From the sequence record NC_101838.1: a stretch of DNA of 64,000 bases. One strand, written 5' to 3'. The DNA is from a phage. Under the pieces are notes generated by a model. The model did no database searches. It was not told where the DNA came from and was given only the letters and a program-made list of their open reading frames with translations. Made by a program: the position numbers and the translations under genes. This document shows, piece after piece, positions 63,738 through 64,000 of this stretch (the first letter of the stretch is position 1; each line of letters starts with the position of its first letter).

Positions 63738-64000
63738 GAGTTGCCGCACTGTTTATTGCGTGCTTGTTATTATGTGGGTGTGCAACCAGCGTTGAGAGAG
63801 AATACAAGATTGACCCTCCGGATGTAGGAAGGTTGATTGTTAAACCCCCAGAAGGTGCCATGAAACCACCTGCTAAGGCTATGCCTTTGAAGAAAGGTGC
63901 GCCAGATGCAGTGAATTCTGGCATTATGAGGGATAATAATCTGTCTTGTAGCAATGATAGAGCTAAATTGATCATTTTGCAAGACTATATTAGAACACTG
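63734..64000 (+). CDS. putative o-spanin (Rz1-like lipoprotein), 3' end beyond the window
   Basis: Lipoprotein signal with lipobox-like LLLCGCA, proline-rich mature region; ORF runs off the window end. Confidence 0.5.
   Translation, partial: MRVAALFIACLLLCGCATSVEREYKIDPPDVGRLIVKPPEGAMKPPAKAMPLKKGAPDAVNSGIMRDNNLSCSNDRAKLIILQDYIRTL

Noticed and set aside
1-64000. Assigning the phage to the T5 group (tRNA cluster, many small early genes, T5orf172 domain)
   Set aside because: The ligase is ATP-dependent rather than NAD-dependent, and the repair set (Rnl1-like ligase, Endo VII, NrdC-like, split nrdD with endonuclease) is T4-like; no T5 pre-early signature genes were recognised.
1-64000. Integrated prophage or other mobile element boundaries
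   Set aside because: No integrase, recombinase, transposase or att-like flanking repeats with host genes; the whole window is phage-like.

Overview
The window looks like an internal 64-kb piece of a virulent tailed-phage genome; no integrase, transposase, CRISPR array or rRNA was seen. All calls below come from reading the sequence and ORF track by eye and from motif recall; nothing was searched or computed. Layout: (1) 1-16.5 kb, a plus-strand array of about 45 small early-type ORFs driven by sigma70-like promoters, with a repeated hairpin-embedded promoter cassette and a conserved 5' leader hairpin; it includes a 408-aa protein ending in the SSB tail DDDIPF and a TARG1/OARD1-type macrodomain. 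(2) 5.47-6.5 kb and 16.55-19.0 kb are ORF-poor, repeat-rich non-coding regions; the second is the convergence point of the two gene blocks. (3) 19.0-58.1 kb, one minus-strand block: first about 11 kb of tiny acidic ORFs forming several paralogous families plus a ribosome hibernation factor homolog, then a nucleotide-metabolism and DNA-repair module with T4-like content (NrdA, NrdB, NrdC-like, NrdD split by an HNH endonuclease gene, NrdG, ThyX, PhoH, two DNA methyltransferases, dNMP kinase, exonucleases, Endo VII and RuvC-like resolvases, ATP-dependent DNA ligase, lambda-R-type endolysin, a zinc-less Sir2, Rnl1-like RNA ligase). (4) 58.2-64 kb, plus strand: a P-loop kinase plus calcineurin-type phosphoesterase, an origin-like iteron/AT-rich locus, two GC-rich ORF-free islands, a seven-member tRNA cluster (six canonical tRNAs plus one aberrant tRNA-like element) and a spanin pair. 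The most interesting candidates are the macrodomain/Sir2 pair, the RNA-repair module, the expanded small-protein families and the SSB-tail protein; all are hypotheses needing homology and structure searches.
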